NCBI GenBank assembly: GCA_012295275.1
Contig: CM022670.1
Span: forward strand, 35,526,001-35,590,000
DNA: 64,000 nt
Origin: Chrysomallon squamiferum
Lineage: Eukaryota; Animalia; Mollusca
Reading direction: 5' to 3'
Part shown: positions 31,059 to 49,293 of the stretch, one piece after another
Layout of the letters: each line of letters starts with the position of its first letter
Numbering within the stretch: the first letter of the stretch is position 1
Program-made: the position numbers and the translations under genes
Notes under the pieces: model-generated
Database searches by the model: none
The model's input: only the letters and a program-made list of their open reading frames with translations
Told to the model about the DNA's origin: nothing

Positions 31059-31627
31059 GTTCTTGTTGTTGTTGTTGTTGTTGTTGTTAATGTACTTCTT
31101 GTCAAAATTTCTGAGTATCCCTGTGGACCAGTTGGAGATCAACTATTATAATCGAAATGCTATTTATAGACTGATATTTAAGAAAGTACGGTTAGTACCT
31201 GATCCTACTCTATCTCTGTACATATGCACACCTTGCACGACTGTGATAAAAACTGTCACCTATTAATACTATCTTAGTATTACAAGTTACATTCAAATTG
31301 TCCTAAACACTTGCTCTAGTTATCGCCCCTTTTCGAAGAAAAACCAACAACATGACATGTAAGAATTTCCAGGAAGTGGTTCTATTTTTATTTCTTAATT
31401 CGAAAACTCAAAGTAAATCATTGTGATCTTCACGCATTAAACGAAAAGAATAATAATAATGTGTACATATGTACTGGTTTACTTACTGTTATTTTGTTTT
31501 ATATATACTTTTGTTTCTTTTTTCTTTATTTATTGACTTACTCATTTACTTAGCAATTTTATTTTTATTTACTCACTTATTTCTTTATTTCTTTACTTGT
31601 TCTCTAGATCGGTGGATTAAAAATTAC

Positions 31628-31658
<31 letters not shown>

Positions 31659-33659
31659 GGACAACAACATTAATAATCATAATCATAATAATGTGCAGAA
31701 ATTTATTTACCTGCTTATGTATTTTAATATTTATTTTATATTATTTTTATTTATTTAGTTACTGAATAATATTCTTTTTTTTTTTACTTATTCGGATTTC
31801 ATCTATTTATTTCTGTATCATATCTTTATCTTATTTATTTATTTATTTATTTATTTATTCTCTTGATTCTATAGATCTTTCTTAAATCATATGACATTTC
31901 TACACTAAATGTTTTTATATTATAGATATATACATAATAATTAGTGACAGTCAGAGAACGCCCATAAAAATTTGATCTATTTAATTTTTTCGGTCAGTGG
32001 CAATGGATATTTCATAAATATATTTTTCAACAGCTTAAACTGCGGACACACACACATACAGACACACATACACACATACAAACACACATAACAAGAAAGT
32101 ATTAAAGTATGTAATTATGGCAGTCGAGAGACATTAGCAGGGACGGAGAATAAACACAGTGGAACCCACCAACAAGGATAGAACCCGCTGCTATTCGCCC
32201 CAGAAGCTGCTGTCCGTGTGGACTGATAGATGAGAAAAACTGCAAGAAAATATTTAACATGATATCGGTCACACTTCAATAACTTAGTGCAAGCTACATT
32301 TAGGTTGTCAAAACAGCTTGCTGCAGTTATCGTCCTTTTTTTCAAGAAAAACAAGGTGGCCTTGTCAGAATTTCCAAGAAGTCGTTCTATTTTCACTTCT
32401 TCTTTCGGATTTCTCACGAATAATTCGTTTGGCAGCGCATATTTTAGGTAAGTTATTTTATAATTTAATATAAAGCAGCCGTCAAAACAAAGATTTATTT
32501 ACTCACCGTTTACAGGTGAACTATCGTAATTTTATTTTATCTACACTGTTACGAGATTTAACTCTACTCAGATTACAGAGGAGATACAGCAAAACGTTCC
32601 TTTTACACAGGAGACCCAGTTTCTACAGGTAATTCATATGACTGTTGCGCGTTTTCATAAAGTGAGTATTTATATAGTTTTTAGATTAGTGAAAAGTGTA
32701 GAAATATTTGGAGATAAATTCCGGCAAATAACTGGCAGGGTAATAGACCAGTACGCCAAATAGATGTAGAAGGAATTGATACGGAGAAAGTGTTTAAATA
32801 CAACATTAAAATAATATTTTTTTATTATCGTATTGTGTCTGTGTGTGTGTGTGAGTGTGTTTGTGTGTGTCTGTGTGTGTCTGTGTGTGTGTGAGTGTGT
32901 TTGCGAGGAACCGTTTAACTATAATACTATAAATTAAAATAATATTTCACTGGCGATTTTAACTGAACAGACCTAAGTAAGTCCATTTATTACTTAAATA
33001 TCCACTCTTATTGATCAAATGGAACAAAACCTTTATTCAGTGGCTGCAAAAAGCTTGCTGTAGTTATCGCCCTTTTTCAAAGAAAACCAAACAAGATGAC
33101 GTGTAAGAATTTCCAAGAAGTTGTCCTATTTTCACTTTTCCGTTCGCATTACTGACGATTAATTGGTTTGGCAGCGCAAATATTAGGTAAGTTATTTTAT
33201 AATTTAATATAAAGCTGCCGCCAAAACAAAGATACATTTATTTACCGTTAACTGGTCAACTATTACAATTTTATATATATATATGTATACTGTTACGAGA
33301 TTTAACTCTACTTGGAGACATGTCTTTCGTATAACTGTTGTGTTTGTTCATAAAGGGAGTATTTGGGTAGTTTTTGGAAATCTTTAGATTTGAAAGAGTT
33401 TTAGAAAGATTTTGAGATAACTATCGACAAATAACTGGCATCTAACACAGGAGTACAAGAGAGAGTGGTAGATGTTTTCTGAAATAATCGTTACGGAGAA
33501 CGTTCTTTTTTGATCATTTTTTTTTCTTCTTCCTTTGGTTGTTGTGAAATACTTAGTTTAAAGAATCTTTTATCTATAATAACAATTAATTTAAAATAAC
33601 ACTTTACTTGGCCATTTTAATCTAACAGATCCAAGAAAATGTGTTTAGGCTCTCTTCTT

Positions 33660-33690
<31 letters not shown>

Positions 33691-34119
33691 AACGAACGTT
33701 ACTGGAAAATGAATTCTTTAAATATTATTTTTCATTATTTTATAGCTTCTTTATTAACAAAATAAAATTTTAATATAATTTAAGAAACGAAATGAACAAT
33801 TTTGCACCTCCATTAATAAACACTGGCTATTCTAAACAGCTAAAAACTAAGTAAACACTTACGTAAATAAACATATATATTTATGATTAGTTAATATCTT
33901 TATCACTATAATTTAAGAGACAAAAATGTAAGTTTTTGCAGTCCAGTAATAAATACTTTATTAATATTATTAATTTACTGATATTTTTATCATTATCATC
34001 ACCATTATCACCAGCATCATCATCTGTAGTATCATCAGCATCATCCTCATTGTCATCGTTCATTATTATTATCATTATCATCAACATCATTATTATTATC
34101 ATTTCACTTTCTTAGAACA

Positions 34120-37049
<2,930 letters not shown>

Positions 37050-38419
37050 ATCAGGATTTTTTGTGGAGTGATGTTTATAGCTGAAGGACTGAAAATATAA
37101 ACTTTTCAAAATAGCACGTATTTCTTGACAGTCTAGAATCTAGTAAGCAACAATTTGTCTGTTAAAATAATTATTTTGTCTGACAGAGATAGCATACATT
37201 GCCGATTTTTCTTCTTATGATTATTGATAGTTTACTTTAATCAGAACAAATCACTTCTACTGAATGATCAAGAAAGTATTAATGTGGTGTAATTCAAATT
37301 TCATTTGTGTTCTCGTTTTGATTGTAACATCACTGTTTCAGTTCTAGAAACGAAGTATCTAAAATAATTAGATTAATCATTTAGTCTCACAACTTTAAAT
37401 GTGTTATGTAGTATTATCAAGATTTAAGAATGACTAACACAAAATACTATTGATATTATCTGTAATAATTAATCTTTAAAATGAAATAACATTTACAATT
37501 GTTTCAGCATTTGTTTTTGTTTTTAATTATATTTACGCGGCACAAAAACCGACATAACACAACATTAAAGACAATTTTTAATAAATAACGTAAACGTAGC
37601 AGACAACAGTTTAAATTATTGGACAAATTTGATTGGTCATTTCGGTCATTTATAAAATAAACAATACATAACAGGAAAAAAAGACGGTACACACGCGACG
37701 GCTGATGTACACAAAGCGATTTTAACAGACTTTTTTTTCTCTATTTAACAGTCTGAGTTTTACTTTAGAAAAGTAAAACAAAAGCAACGCGTTTAGCTAT
37801 GTTCTGGATCCTGTAAGTTTAACAATTGTTTATGCAGATGGAACTGTTTCTGAGTTCTGGATTTGGGTTTAGTCTTCAAGACATCGAATTTTTTCGAATT
37901 TGATATCGGTCTCAATTTTCTTAGCTTCGGTTGTGTCCACGGCAACGCTATGCATATCCGTTTATCTTTCCGCTCGTGTTGGGGGCTTTGCATTTGCTTG
38001 GATACTCTCTGACAGACAAGCAAATATCTTCTATGTTTTGATCAAAGTCGTGTGGTCTGAGAAATAGTTTTAAATATCATGATCAGAAACATATGTCTAA
38101 CTAAAGAATAAAAAGCATATTTCTAGGATAGCAAAATGGGGAAAAAATCATCATCATTATGCACTTCTTGTTTTTAAAATGTTTTAGTATCCTAATGGAC
38201 TAATCAGTAATAGCTGATATTTAACATTTATAATAGAATGCTGTTTATATATTGATATTTTAGAAAGTACGGTTAGTAAGTTTATTTACATTTAATCACC
38301 TGATCCTACTCTGTCCCTATATACATGGACCGCTTTCGCTATTAATATTTCTAACAATTAACTCGTGTAGCAGCGCAAATATTAGATAAGTTATTTCGCA
38401 ATTTAATATAAAGAATCCG

Positions 38420-39165
38420 CTTATATTTCTACGGTTTAACCTCACTGTGGCTTAGTAAGGGATTAAGTGATAAGGCTGAACGCTTCAGTCGCTATAGTCA
38501 GTGTCATTAAAGTGAACACTTACTCAGAATCCAAGACTTTGTCACCGAACACTGGATTGAATCTCCCGGCAGAAAAGTCTGGAACCATTTCGAAACAAAT
38601 GGTACCAGAACCACTAATCATGCGGAGGACTGGTATTTGAAACTGAAGACAACGGATATAATTTAGAAAGAGCAGGCCTTTGTTAAAGCTACAATTTTAT
38701 AATTAGAGCTGGTGGAAGGTTGACATCAAAACGTAGGAAACACCAGCAAATTCACTTTGACATACGCCAACAGCAAATGCTCCTCTTGACAGGACAGAAA
38801 ATTCCAATAGAATATGCTGATTCCCTCTCCCATTTTCTTGGACTGTGAAATATTATATGTCACTTGTTGCTATTTGGGGAAATGAAGAGCCAAAGAAAGA
38901 AAGAAAGGGAAGTAGAATCGAAAATATTGTGCTGAATCGTTTTGATTTTGTTAGTCTGCTAACACCAAATTATATAACATAACATAATATAATATAATGA
39001 AGAAGAATAAAACATAACATAATGGAATGGAATACGATAGGAAAACTACAGTTTTGTTGGTCTTTTGGGAAATAAACTATACTGACATCCCCTATAGTTT
39101 CATCATATGCTATTCTTGACTGCTTCAGTAATATATAAAAATAGGTGCGGGCACAGTGAGGTGAC
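38420..39165 (+). mobile_element. Insertion with MULE (Mutator-like) transposase fragment
   Basis: 38532-38651 translates QDFVTEHWIESPGRKVWNHFETNGTRTTNHAEDWYLKLK, matching the MULE WNHF…RTNNHLEGWH motif. Insertion ends approximate. Confidence 0.6.
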
Positions 39166-39541
39166 CCCCATCTATACTGTCACGAAATCTAACTCTACTT
39201 AGATTACAGAGGAGATACAGCAAAACAGTCTGCTTACACACGAGATCCGGGTTGTACAGGTAATTCGTGTGACTGTCGTGCTGGTTCATAAAGTGAGTAA
39301 TCAGATAGGTTTTGTTAATCTTATAGATCTGAAATACCCACAGAAAATTTTTGAGATAACTATCGACAAAAAACTAAAAGGGTAAAAGAGGAGTAAACGA
39401 TACAAAAAGAACTTTTGTAGACGAAGCTTTTAAATATAACATTAAAATATATATATTCTTAAACAAACGTTAATGGAAAATGAATTCTTTAAATATTATT
39501 TTCCATTATTTTACAGCCTTTTTTATAACTGATTAAAATTA

Positions 39542-39583
<42 letters not shown>

Positions 39584-39719
39584 TCATTCATTGATTTAGT
39601 CTTCTATTTATTATGATTATTTTGATATCATTGTCATTAATGTATTCATCATCATCATCATTATTGTTATTATTAGTATTATTAATATTAATATTATTAT
39701 TATTATTATTATTATTACT

Positions 39720-40318
39720 GAGATAATATTGTTTCAGAAGATCAGGATTCAGGTGCACTGTAATCTAAATCCTTTCATCCTTTAAAAAAAAAAATTCTAA
39801 TGCATTTACTTATACCGCTTCATTAACACGGTTATCACTGGTGCGATATATGATCATGAACTGTCTTGATTTCCAAACAAATCTAACAGAGGAATTGCAT
39901 GTATCCATATTTGCGGGATATATGTTCATTTCTGTATTTATTATACTTTGTTCTCAGAAATCTGGAATCAAATAACCAAGTTTTATATACAAACTTCTAT
40001 ATAGCAAAAAAATGTTTGGGGAGTTGTTGTTGTTGTTGTTTTTGCAAGTACATTGTCTTAACAGAAAGGAAATGTTCCAAAGAAATAATTGCAATGAAGA
40101 TTTTCATTCTGGCCGTTCTTTAATGCAATTTATCATTATCATTTTATTCTTCTTCTTGTCAGCATGATCACTATATTTATATGTAATATTAATATCCTCT
40201 TCTCAAAAACAAATTATTAGTCCTATGAATATTATGATACGTTCTCCGACAACAACAACTATGGAAAAACACCTACTGGTTTATTATAATAAGAATGTTT
40301 AAATTATCCCTGCCAAGG

Positions 40319-40387
<69 letters not shown>

Positions 40388-40580
40388 ATTATGTACTCTG
40401 AGAACATCATATGTAATAATTTTAACGTTTCTCATTTCCTTTTATTTACAGAACTGTTCCATATCTTCTTGATCCGGCCAATCCGTTCATGAATCTAGCA
40501 CCGAGTCCACAAAAGGCTGTAATTGTAAGCATGAAAGCAAAAGAATTCCTCGACAACTGCATTTCAATAAACGAAATAAA
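39720..40580 (+). pseudogene. OAS remnant: intron 2/3 sequence, exon-4 tail, (AG)n, exon 5 at 40452
   Basis: Intron-2/3-like sequence lacking exon 3, exon-4 tail 'ttctccgacaacaacaactatggaaaaacacctact', then exon 5 (TVPYLLDPANPFMNLAPSP). Part of the 3.5-kb tandem duplication. Confidence 0.7.
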
Positions 40581-41949
40581 TCAGGATTTTTTGTGGAGTG
40601 ATGTTTATAGCTGAAGGACTGAAAATATAAACTTTTCAAAATAGCACGTATTTCTTGACAGTCTAGAATCTAGTAAGCAACAACTTGTCTGTTAAGATAA
40701 TTATTTTGTCTGACAGAGATAGCATACATTGCCGATTTTTCTTCTTATGATTATTGATAGTTTACTTTAATCAGAACAAATCACTTCTACTGAATGATCA
40801 AGAAAGTATTAATGTGGTGTAATTCAAATTTCATTTGTGTTCTCGTTTTGATTGTAACATCACTGTTTCAGTTCTAGAAACGAAGTATCTAAAATAATTA
40901 GATTAATCATTTAGTCTCACAACTTTAAATGTGTTATGTAGTATTATCAAGATTTAAGAATGACTAACACAAAATACTATTGATATTAACTGTAATAATT
41001 AATCTTTAAAATGAAATAACATTTACAATTGTTTCAGCATTTGTTTTTGTTTTTAATTATATTTACGCGGCACAAAAACCGACATAACACAACATTAAAG
41101 ACAATTTTTAATAAATAACGTAAACGTAGCAGACAACAGTTTAAATTATTGGACAAATTTGATTGGTCATTTCGGTCATTTATAAAAATAAACAATACAT
41201 AACAGGAAAAAAGACGGTACACACGCGACGGCTGATGTACACAAAGCGATTTTAACAGACTTGTTTTTCTCTATTTAACAGTCTGAGTTTTACTTTAGAA
41301 AAGTAAAACAAAAGCAACGCGTTTAGCTATGTTCTGGATCCTGTAAGTTTAACAATTGTTTATGCAGATGGAACTGTTTCTGAGTTCTGGATTTGGGTTT
41401 AGTCTTCAAGACATCGAATTTTTTCGAATTTGATATCGGTCTCAATTTTCTTAGCTTCGGTTGTGTCCACGGCAACGCTATGCATATCCGTTTATCTTTC
41501 CGCTCGTGTTGGGGGCTTTGCATTTGCTTGGATACTCTCTGACAGACAAGCAAATATCTTCTATGTTTTGATCAAAGTCGTGTGGTCTGAGAAATAGTTT
41601 TAAATATCATGATCAGAAACATATGTCTAACTAAAGAATAAAAAGCATATTTCTAGGATAGCAAAATGGGGTAAAAATCATCATCATTATGCACTTCTTG
41701 TTTTAAAAAATGTTTTAGTATCCTAATGGACTAATCAGTAATAGCTGATATTTAACATTTATAATAGAATGCTGTTTATATATTGATATTTTAGAAAGTA
41801 CGGTTAGTAAGTTTATTTACATTTAATCACCTGATCCTACTCTGTCCCTATATACATGGACCGCTTTCGCTATTAATATTTCTAACAATTAATTCGTGTA
41901 GCAGCGCAAATATTAGATAAGTTATTTCGCAATTTAATATAAAGAATCC

Positions 41950-42705
41950 GCTTATATTTCTACGGTTTAACCTCACTGTGGCTTAGTAAGGGATTAAGTG
42001 ATAAGGCTGAACGCTTCAGTCGCTATAGTCAGTGTCATTAAAGTGAACACTTACTCAGAATCCAAGACTTTGTCACCGAACACTGGATTGAATCTCCCGG
42101 CAGAAAAGTCTGGAACCATTTCGAAACAAATGGTACCCGAACCACTAATCATGCGGAGGATTGGTATTTGAAACTGAAGACAACGGATATAATTTAGAAA
42201 GAGCAGGCCTTTGTTAAAGCTACAATTTTATAATTAAGAGCTGGTGGAAGGTTGACATCAAAACGTAGGAAACACCAGCAAATTCACTTTGACATACGCC
42301 AACAGCAAATGCTCCTCTTGACAGGACAGAAAATTCCAATAGAATATGCTGATTCCCTCTCCCATTTTCTTGGACTGTGAAATATTATATGTCACTTGTT
42401 GCTATTTGGGGAAATGAAGAGCCAAAGAAAGAAAGAAAGAAAGGGAAGTAGAATCGAAAATATTGTGCTGAATCGTTTTGATTTTGTTAGTCTGCTAACA
42501 CCAAATTATATAACATAACATAATATAATATAATGAAGAAGAATAAAACATAACATAATGGAATGGAATACGATAGGATAACTACAGTTTTGTTGGTCTT
42601 TTGGGAAATAAACTATACTGACATCCCCTATAGTTTCATCATATGCTATTCTTGACTGCTTCAGTAATATATAAAAATAGGTGCGGGCACAGTGAGGTGA
42701 CCCCC
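41950..42705 (+). mobile_element. Duplicate of the MULE-containing insertion
   Basis: Near-identical to 38420-39165; motif at ~42063-42182. Confidence 0.6.
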
Positions 42706-43078
42706 CATCTATACTGTCACGAAATCTAACTCTACTTAGATTACAGAGGAGATACAGCAAAACAGTCTGCTTACACACGAGATCCGGGTTGTACAGGTAA
42801 TTCGTGTGACTGTCGTGCTGGTTCATAAAGTGAGTAATCAGATAGGTTTTATTAATCTTATAGATCTGAAATACCCACAGAAAATTTTTGAGATAACTAT
42901 CGACAAAAAACTAAAAGGGTAAAAGAGGAGTAAACGATACAAAAAGAACTTTTGTAGACGAAGCTTTTAAATATAACATTAAAATATATATATTCTTAAA
43001 CAAACGTTAATGGAAAATGAATTCTTTAAATATTATTTTCCATTATTTTACAGCCTTTTTTATAACTGATTAAAACTA

Positions 43079-43137
<59 letters not shown>

Positions 43138-43885
43138 CTCATTCATTGATTTAGTCTTCTATTTATTATGATTATTTTGATATCATTGTCATTAATGTAT
43201 TCATCATCATCATTATTATTGTTATTATTATTATTATTAATATTAATATTATTATTATTATTATTATTACTGAGATAATATTGTTTCAGAAGATCAGGAT
43301 TCAGGTGCATTGTAATCTAAATCCTTTCATCCTTTAAAAAAAAAAATTATAATGCATTTACTTATACCGCTTCATTAACACGGTTATCACTGGTGCGATA
43401 TATGATCATGAACTGTCTTGATTTCCAAACAAATCTAACAGAGGAATTGCATGTATCCATATTTGCGGGATATATGTCCATTTCTGTATTTATTATACTT
43501 TGTTCTCAGAAATCTGGAATCAAATAACCAAGTTTTATATACAAACTTCTATATAGCAAAAAAATGTTTGGGGGGTTGTTGTTGTTGTTGTTTTTGCAAG
43601 TACATTGTCTTAACAGAAAGGAAATGTTCCAAAGAAATAATTGCAATGAAGATTTTCATTCTGGCCGTTTTTTAATGCAATTTATCATTATCATTTTATT
43701 CTTCTTCTTGTCAGCATGATCACTATATTTATATGTAATATTAATATCCTCTTCTCAAAAACAAATTATTAGTCCTATGAATATTATGATACGTTCTCCG
43801 ACAACAACAACTATGGAAAAACACCTACTGGTTTATTATAATAAGAATGTTTAAATTATCCCTGCCAAGGGGGGAGGGAGGGAGG

Positions 43886-43999
<114 letters not shown>

Positions 44000-44789
44000 G
44001 TACTCTGAGAATAGCATAATGTAATAATTTTAATGTTTTTCATTTCCTTTGTTACAGAATTATATGCATTTCTTGGCAGTCTAGAAACTAGTAATCAACT
44101 ACATGAATGTTATAATAATTGTTTTCTTTAACAGAGATGGCAGTCATTGCTGACTTTTCTTCTTATAATTATTGATAGTTTATTTTAATCAGAAGAAATC
44201 ACTTCTATGGAATGATCACGAAAGTATTAATGTGATGTAATTCATATTTCATTTGTGTTCTCGTTTTGTTTGTAAGATCACTGTTTCAGATATGGAAAAG
44301 AAGTATCTAAAATAACTAGATTATCATTTAACCCCAAAATTTAAAATTAATTAGTTATGAAGTATTATCAAGATTTAAGAATGACTAACACAAAATAATT
44401 TTGAAAATAACTGTAATAGTTAATTTTTAATTAGGAAATATAGTTATAAAACAGTACGTTTAAAATTGCTTCAGCGTTTTTGCTTTTTATTTCTAAGGAA
44501 CACAGAAAGCAACATTAAAGACAATTTTTAAAAAATAATGTAAAAGCAACAGACAAGAATTTAAATTACTGGACAAACTGATATGTCATTTCGGTGGCCA
44601 TTACAAACCATAGATACCTCGTTATGTTTTTAAACTCATCACGTGAAATGTATTTTTCAGAATGGATTGTCTATACAAAATAATTTATAGCTGACATTAT
44701 AAGTTAAACTTTTTATTAAAACAAACAATACAAAACAAGAAAAAAGACACGACACGAGCGATGGCTGATGTACAGAAACAAAAATTAAC

Positions 44790-45176
44790 AGATTTGGGTT
44801 TACCCTTCAAGACATCGAATTTTCCTAATTTGACTTCGGGGTTGTCTATGGCAATGCAGTATATGTCCACTTTTCTTTCAGCTGTTGTTGGGGCCTTGAA
44901 TTTGCTTGGACATTCTTTGGTCGGCAGAATAGAGAAGTAAATCTGTTTGGTCTTCTTCAAGGTTTTGATCAGAGAGGTCTGACAAATGGCGCATGTTTCT
45001 CAAATGGTATCAAATAACATTTTTAGAATCCTATGTCTGACTAAAAAATGAAACGCATATTTCTAGGATAGTAATATCAGAAAAGTATGGATTAGAAGCT
45101 ATGATTAATATTATCCTCATTATCATCATCGTCGTCGTCGTCATTATTATCATTATTATTATTATTATTATTATTG

Positions 45177-45208
<32 letters not shown>

Positions 45209-45742
45209 GGTGGTGGTGGTGGTGGTGGTGGTGGTGGTGGTGTAATATTTGTTTACTTTTTAATTACTTTTTTTTGCTGGTTATGAAATATTTAAGAGAA
45301 TCTGTAATATGTGTTTTAAAAATGAAAACTGAACTAACCAGCATGCTCATGGTGGCACTGTGGTTCTGGAATGAGGTAGCTGGACACGAAGGGAGTGGGG
45401 ACAGTATACACGTTACCCTTTGGTCCTTCGTATTCGGCTATCCACTGACCGTCAGAGTTACTGCACAAACCACAAGTCTTTTTTTCTGAAAACTGGAGAC
45501 ACCTGTTTTGCAATGAGAAACAAAATACGGTTCATCAAATGTTTGTAAAATGATTTTGAGGAGGATTATTGGTTATATATATTGTTGTTTGTTTTGTTGT
45601 GTTTTGGGGGCGGTTTTGGGGGGGGTTGGGTGGGTTTGTTTTGGTGTTGTTTTTTTGATGGTTTGTTTGTTTTTCTTTCTCTTTAAAATATTATTTCGAT
45701 TTATAATATAATTCCTTTTTACTATTATTATTATTAGTAGTA

Positions 45743-45773
<31 letters not shown>

Positions 45774-46905
45774 AAGTAGTAGTAGTTGTTGTTGTTGTTG
45801 TATTGTTGTTGTTGTTGTTGTTGTTATTTATTTATTTATTTTCTATTCGGTATTTATTTTTCTTGGTTTTCTAACAACAAAATGCCTTAACCGTATAAAT
45901 CACTAAATAACAAGGAGCTACCTAATCACAGTATTTAATATGTATTAAATATGATTGTTTAATAGTAAATTATTATTCTGTGGGCAATATATTCCGAGAG
46001 TTTATACCACAGATCTGATATATAAAAGCTAGTTACTCTATAAAACAATTCAAGGATCATAAATAATATTTTACTATACTTTTCAAAGAAACGTAATCGC
46101 CGTTTGTAAGTATTTGTAAACCAATCAAAGGAAGCTCCACCCACAAGAATCTATCAATATATCTCTTCAAAGCGAAAGCTTTGCTGTACAGAAAGAAAGA
46201 TTATACGTTTAATGACATATCTATTAAAATGAATATTATACATTTCATATATTATACACTTAATATAGTACACGTTTAACGTTTCATATCTTTTAAAACA
46301 AAAGGCCACACATTGAATACTTTATATCTATTAAAACAAAGATTATATATTTAATATATTATACATTGAATGCTTTATTTCTATTAAAACAAAGATTATA
46401 CATTTAATATATATATATATATATATGTTTAGTGAATCACATGTATTTTAAAAAGTTATACATTTAATATATTTTTCATATCTATTAAAATAAAAGTTAT
46501 TCATATCATATACTGTGCATTTAACGTTTAATATCTATTATTACAAAGGTTATGTATTTTATTATACAGTCAATATTTCATTTCTATTAAAATAAAAGAT
46601 ACACATTTAATACTTCATATCTATTAAAACAAAGACGATACATTTTATATATTATACATTTAATGTTTAATATCTGTTGAATCGAAGGTTATATTCTTAA
46701 TACATTATAAATGTTCCATATCCACGTAAAACAACGATTAAGCTAAACTACAAGATAGCTGTTCACTAATGTACCTAAAAACTCACATGCCATAGGTGAG
46801 TGACTTTTCAGTTATAACGGATTTGCCTAGTTCTATTGGTTGTACGCCATTGCTAATCAACACTATGAAAGTGGATCCTGAGGAAATGTCGTCAACAACC
46901 GAATC
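44790..46905 (-). pseudogene. Degenerate copy of the last four vitellogenin exons
   Basis: Homologues of the 54-56 kb exons at ~46785-46905, ~46090-46185, ~45340-45500 and ~44790-45000, with deletions. Confidence 0.7.
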
Positions 46906-47233
46906 GTTGAGATGAGAAAAGTATGACGACATAGTTGTTGATATTTATGCATATACATTTATATGTATACATATTGTTGGTTACTGTTATTTTCAGCACA
47001 AGTAGTAGCAATAGTAGTAGTTCTTGTTATAAAAAAAAAAAGCAATAACTAGTCCTATTTTTAAAATATTTGAAACATTTACTTTATTAAGATGGGTGTT
47101 ATTCAATTTCTAGTCAGATGTCACTTTGCATATAGTTTTTTAAACAATGTTTTGTATTTTCTTTTTTAATTTCTTTTCTTTTTTCCTTTTTTTCGAATAC
47201 AATCTTCTTCGGTAATAAGTTATTTTTACTATT

Positions 47234-47279
<46 letters not shown>

Positions 47280-47739
47280 TAATAATAATAATAATAATAA
47301 TATTAATATTAATATTAATATTAATAATAAATATAGTCACAACCATAATCATGATAATGTGCAGAGATTTATTTATCTACTTACTTATTTTAATATTTAT
47401 TTTATATTATTTTTTATCTATTTAATTAGTGACTAATCTTATTTTCATTTACTTACTTACTCTAATTTTATTATTTATTTCTCTATCACTTGGTTAGCTA
47501 AACAAGATAACGGGCACTACTCTGAGAGAATAACGGAGAATAAACACAGTTGAACCCACCAACAAGGATAGAACTCGCTGCTATTCGTCCCAGAAGCTAC
47601 TGTCCGTGTGGACTGATAGATGAGAAAAACTGCAAGAAAATATTTAAATTGCGTAATCAGTAAACATGATATCGGTCACACTTCAGTAACTTAGTGCAAG
47701 TTACATTTAGGTTGTCCTAACAGCTTGCTGCAGTTACCG

Positions 47740-47862
47740 TCCTTTTTCGAAGAACAACAAACTAGGTGACGTGCACAAATTTCCAAGAAGTCGTTCTAGT
47801 TTCACTTTTTCATTCGGATTTCTCACGAATAATTCGTTTCGCAGTGCAAATTTTAGGTAAGT
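47740..47862 (+). promoter_or_regulatory. Candidate GAS-CRE-GAS-IRF-Inr promoter plus non-coding first exon (representative of ~17 full or partial copies)
   Basis: TTCGAAGAA 47746, TGACGTG 47767, TTCCAAGAA 47781, GTTTCACTTT 47799, TCATT 47810, AG|GTAAGT 47856/47857. OAS start codons sit 4 nt after a splice-acceptor-like AG. Confidence 0.45.
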
Positions 47863-48444
47863 TATTTTATAATTTCATATAAAACGGCCACCAGAACAAA
47901 GATTTATTTAGTTACCGTTAACAGGTGAACTATTGTAATTTTAATATATCTATACTCTTATGAGATTTAACTCTACTGACATAACAGGGGAGATACAGCA
48001 AAACAGTCTGTTTAAACAGGACAACACAGGTTCGACAGGTAATTCTCGTTACTGTTCCGCTTGTTCATAAAGAAATTATTCATAGAGTTTTGGGACATTT
48101 TTAGATTAATGAAAAGTGTAGAAATATTTTGAGATAAATTCCGGCAAATAACTTGCAGGGTAATAGATGAGTACGCCAAATAGATGTAGCAGGTTTTCTG
48201 AAAGAATTGTTACGGAGAAGGTGTTTAAATACAACATTAAAATATTGTTTGTTTGTTTTTGTATTTAATTACTATTATTTTGTGTGTGTGTCTGTCTGTG
48301 TGTGTGTGTGTCTATAATCCTGATTAAATTAAAATAATATTTTACCTGGTGATTTTAACTGAACAGATCTAAAAAGTCCATTTATTTATTAATATCCACG
48401 TTCTATTGATTTTGATTAAATGGAACAAAACCTTTATTCAATAC

Positions 48445-48494
<50 letters not shown>

Positions 48495-49259
48495 TAGATA
48501 GATAGAGAGATAGATAGATATTATTATTATTATTAATAGTCTTCTTGTTAAAATTTCTCAGTACCAGCTCGTGATCAACAGTTATAATCGAAATGCTATT
48601 TATAGACTGATGTCTAACAAAGTAGGTTAGTACCTGATCCTACTCTATCTTGCACGACTGTGATAAAAACTGTCACCTATTAATATTGTCTTAGTACTGC
48701 AAGTTACATTTAGGTTGTCCAAAAAGCTTGCTGTAGTTATCGTCCTTTTTCGAAGAAGAACAAACAAGATGACGTGTACAAATTTCCAAGAACTTATCCT
48801 ATTTTTATTTTTCATTCGGATTTCTAACAAATAATTCCTTTGGCAGCGCAAATTTTAGGTAGGGTACTTCGTAATTTAATACAGAGCAGCCGACAAAACA
48901 AAGATTTATTCACTCACCTTTAACCGGTGAGCTATTGTAATTTTATTATATCTGTACTGTTACAAGATCTAACTCTACTTAGATTACAAAGGAAATACAG
49001 CAAAGCAGTCTGTTTACACAGGAGACAGAGGTTGTACATGTAATTGGAATGACTTCTGTGCGTATTCATGATGGGAGCATTGAGATAGTTTTTGGAACAG
49101 CTGTAGAAAGATTTTGAGATAGCTTCTAACATATAACTGGGAGGGTAACAGACGAGAAAAAAAAAAATTCTGAAATAACTGTTGGAAACAAAGTTATTAA
49201 ATAGAACATTTATTTATTTATTTATTTATTTCATTTTATTTTATTTTATTTTTTTATTT

Positions 49260-49293
<34 letters not shown>

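Noticed and set aside
46200-46740. Degenerate 'tatctattaaaacaaagattatacatttaat' repeats (also ~55500-55800) as a CRISPR-like array
   Set aside because: These are AT-rich imperfect tandem repeats within a vitellogenin intron, with no unique spacers or cas genes, in eukaryotic DNA.
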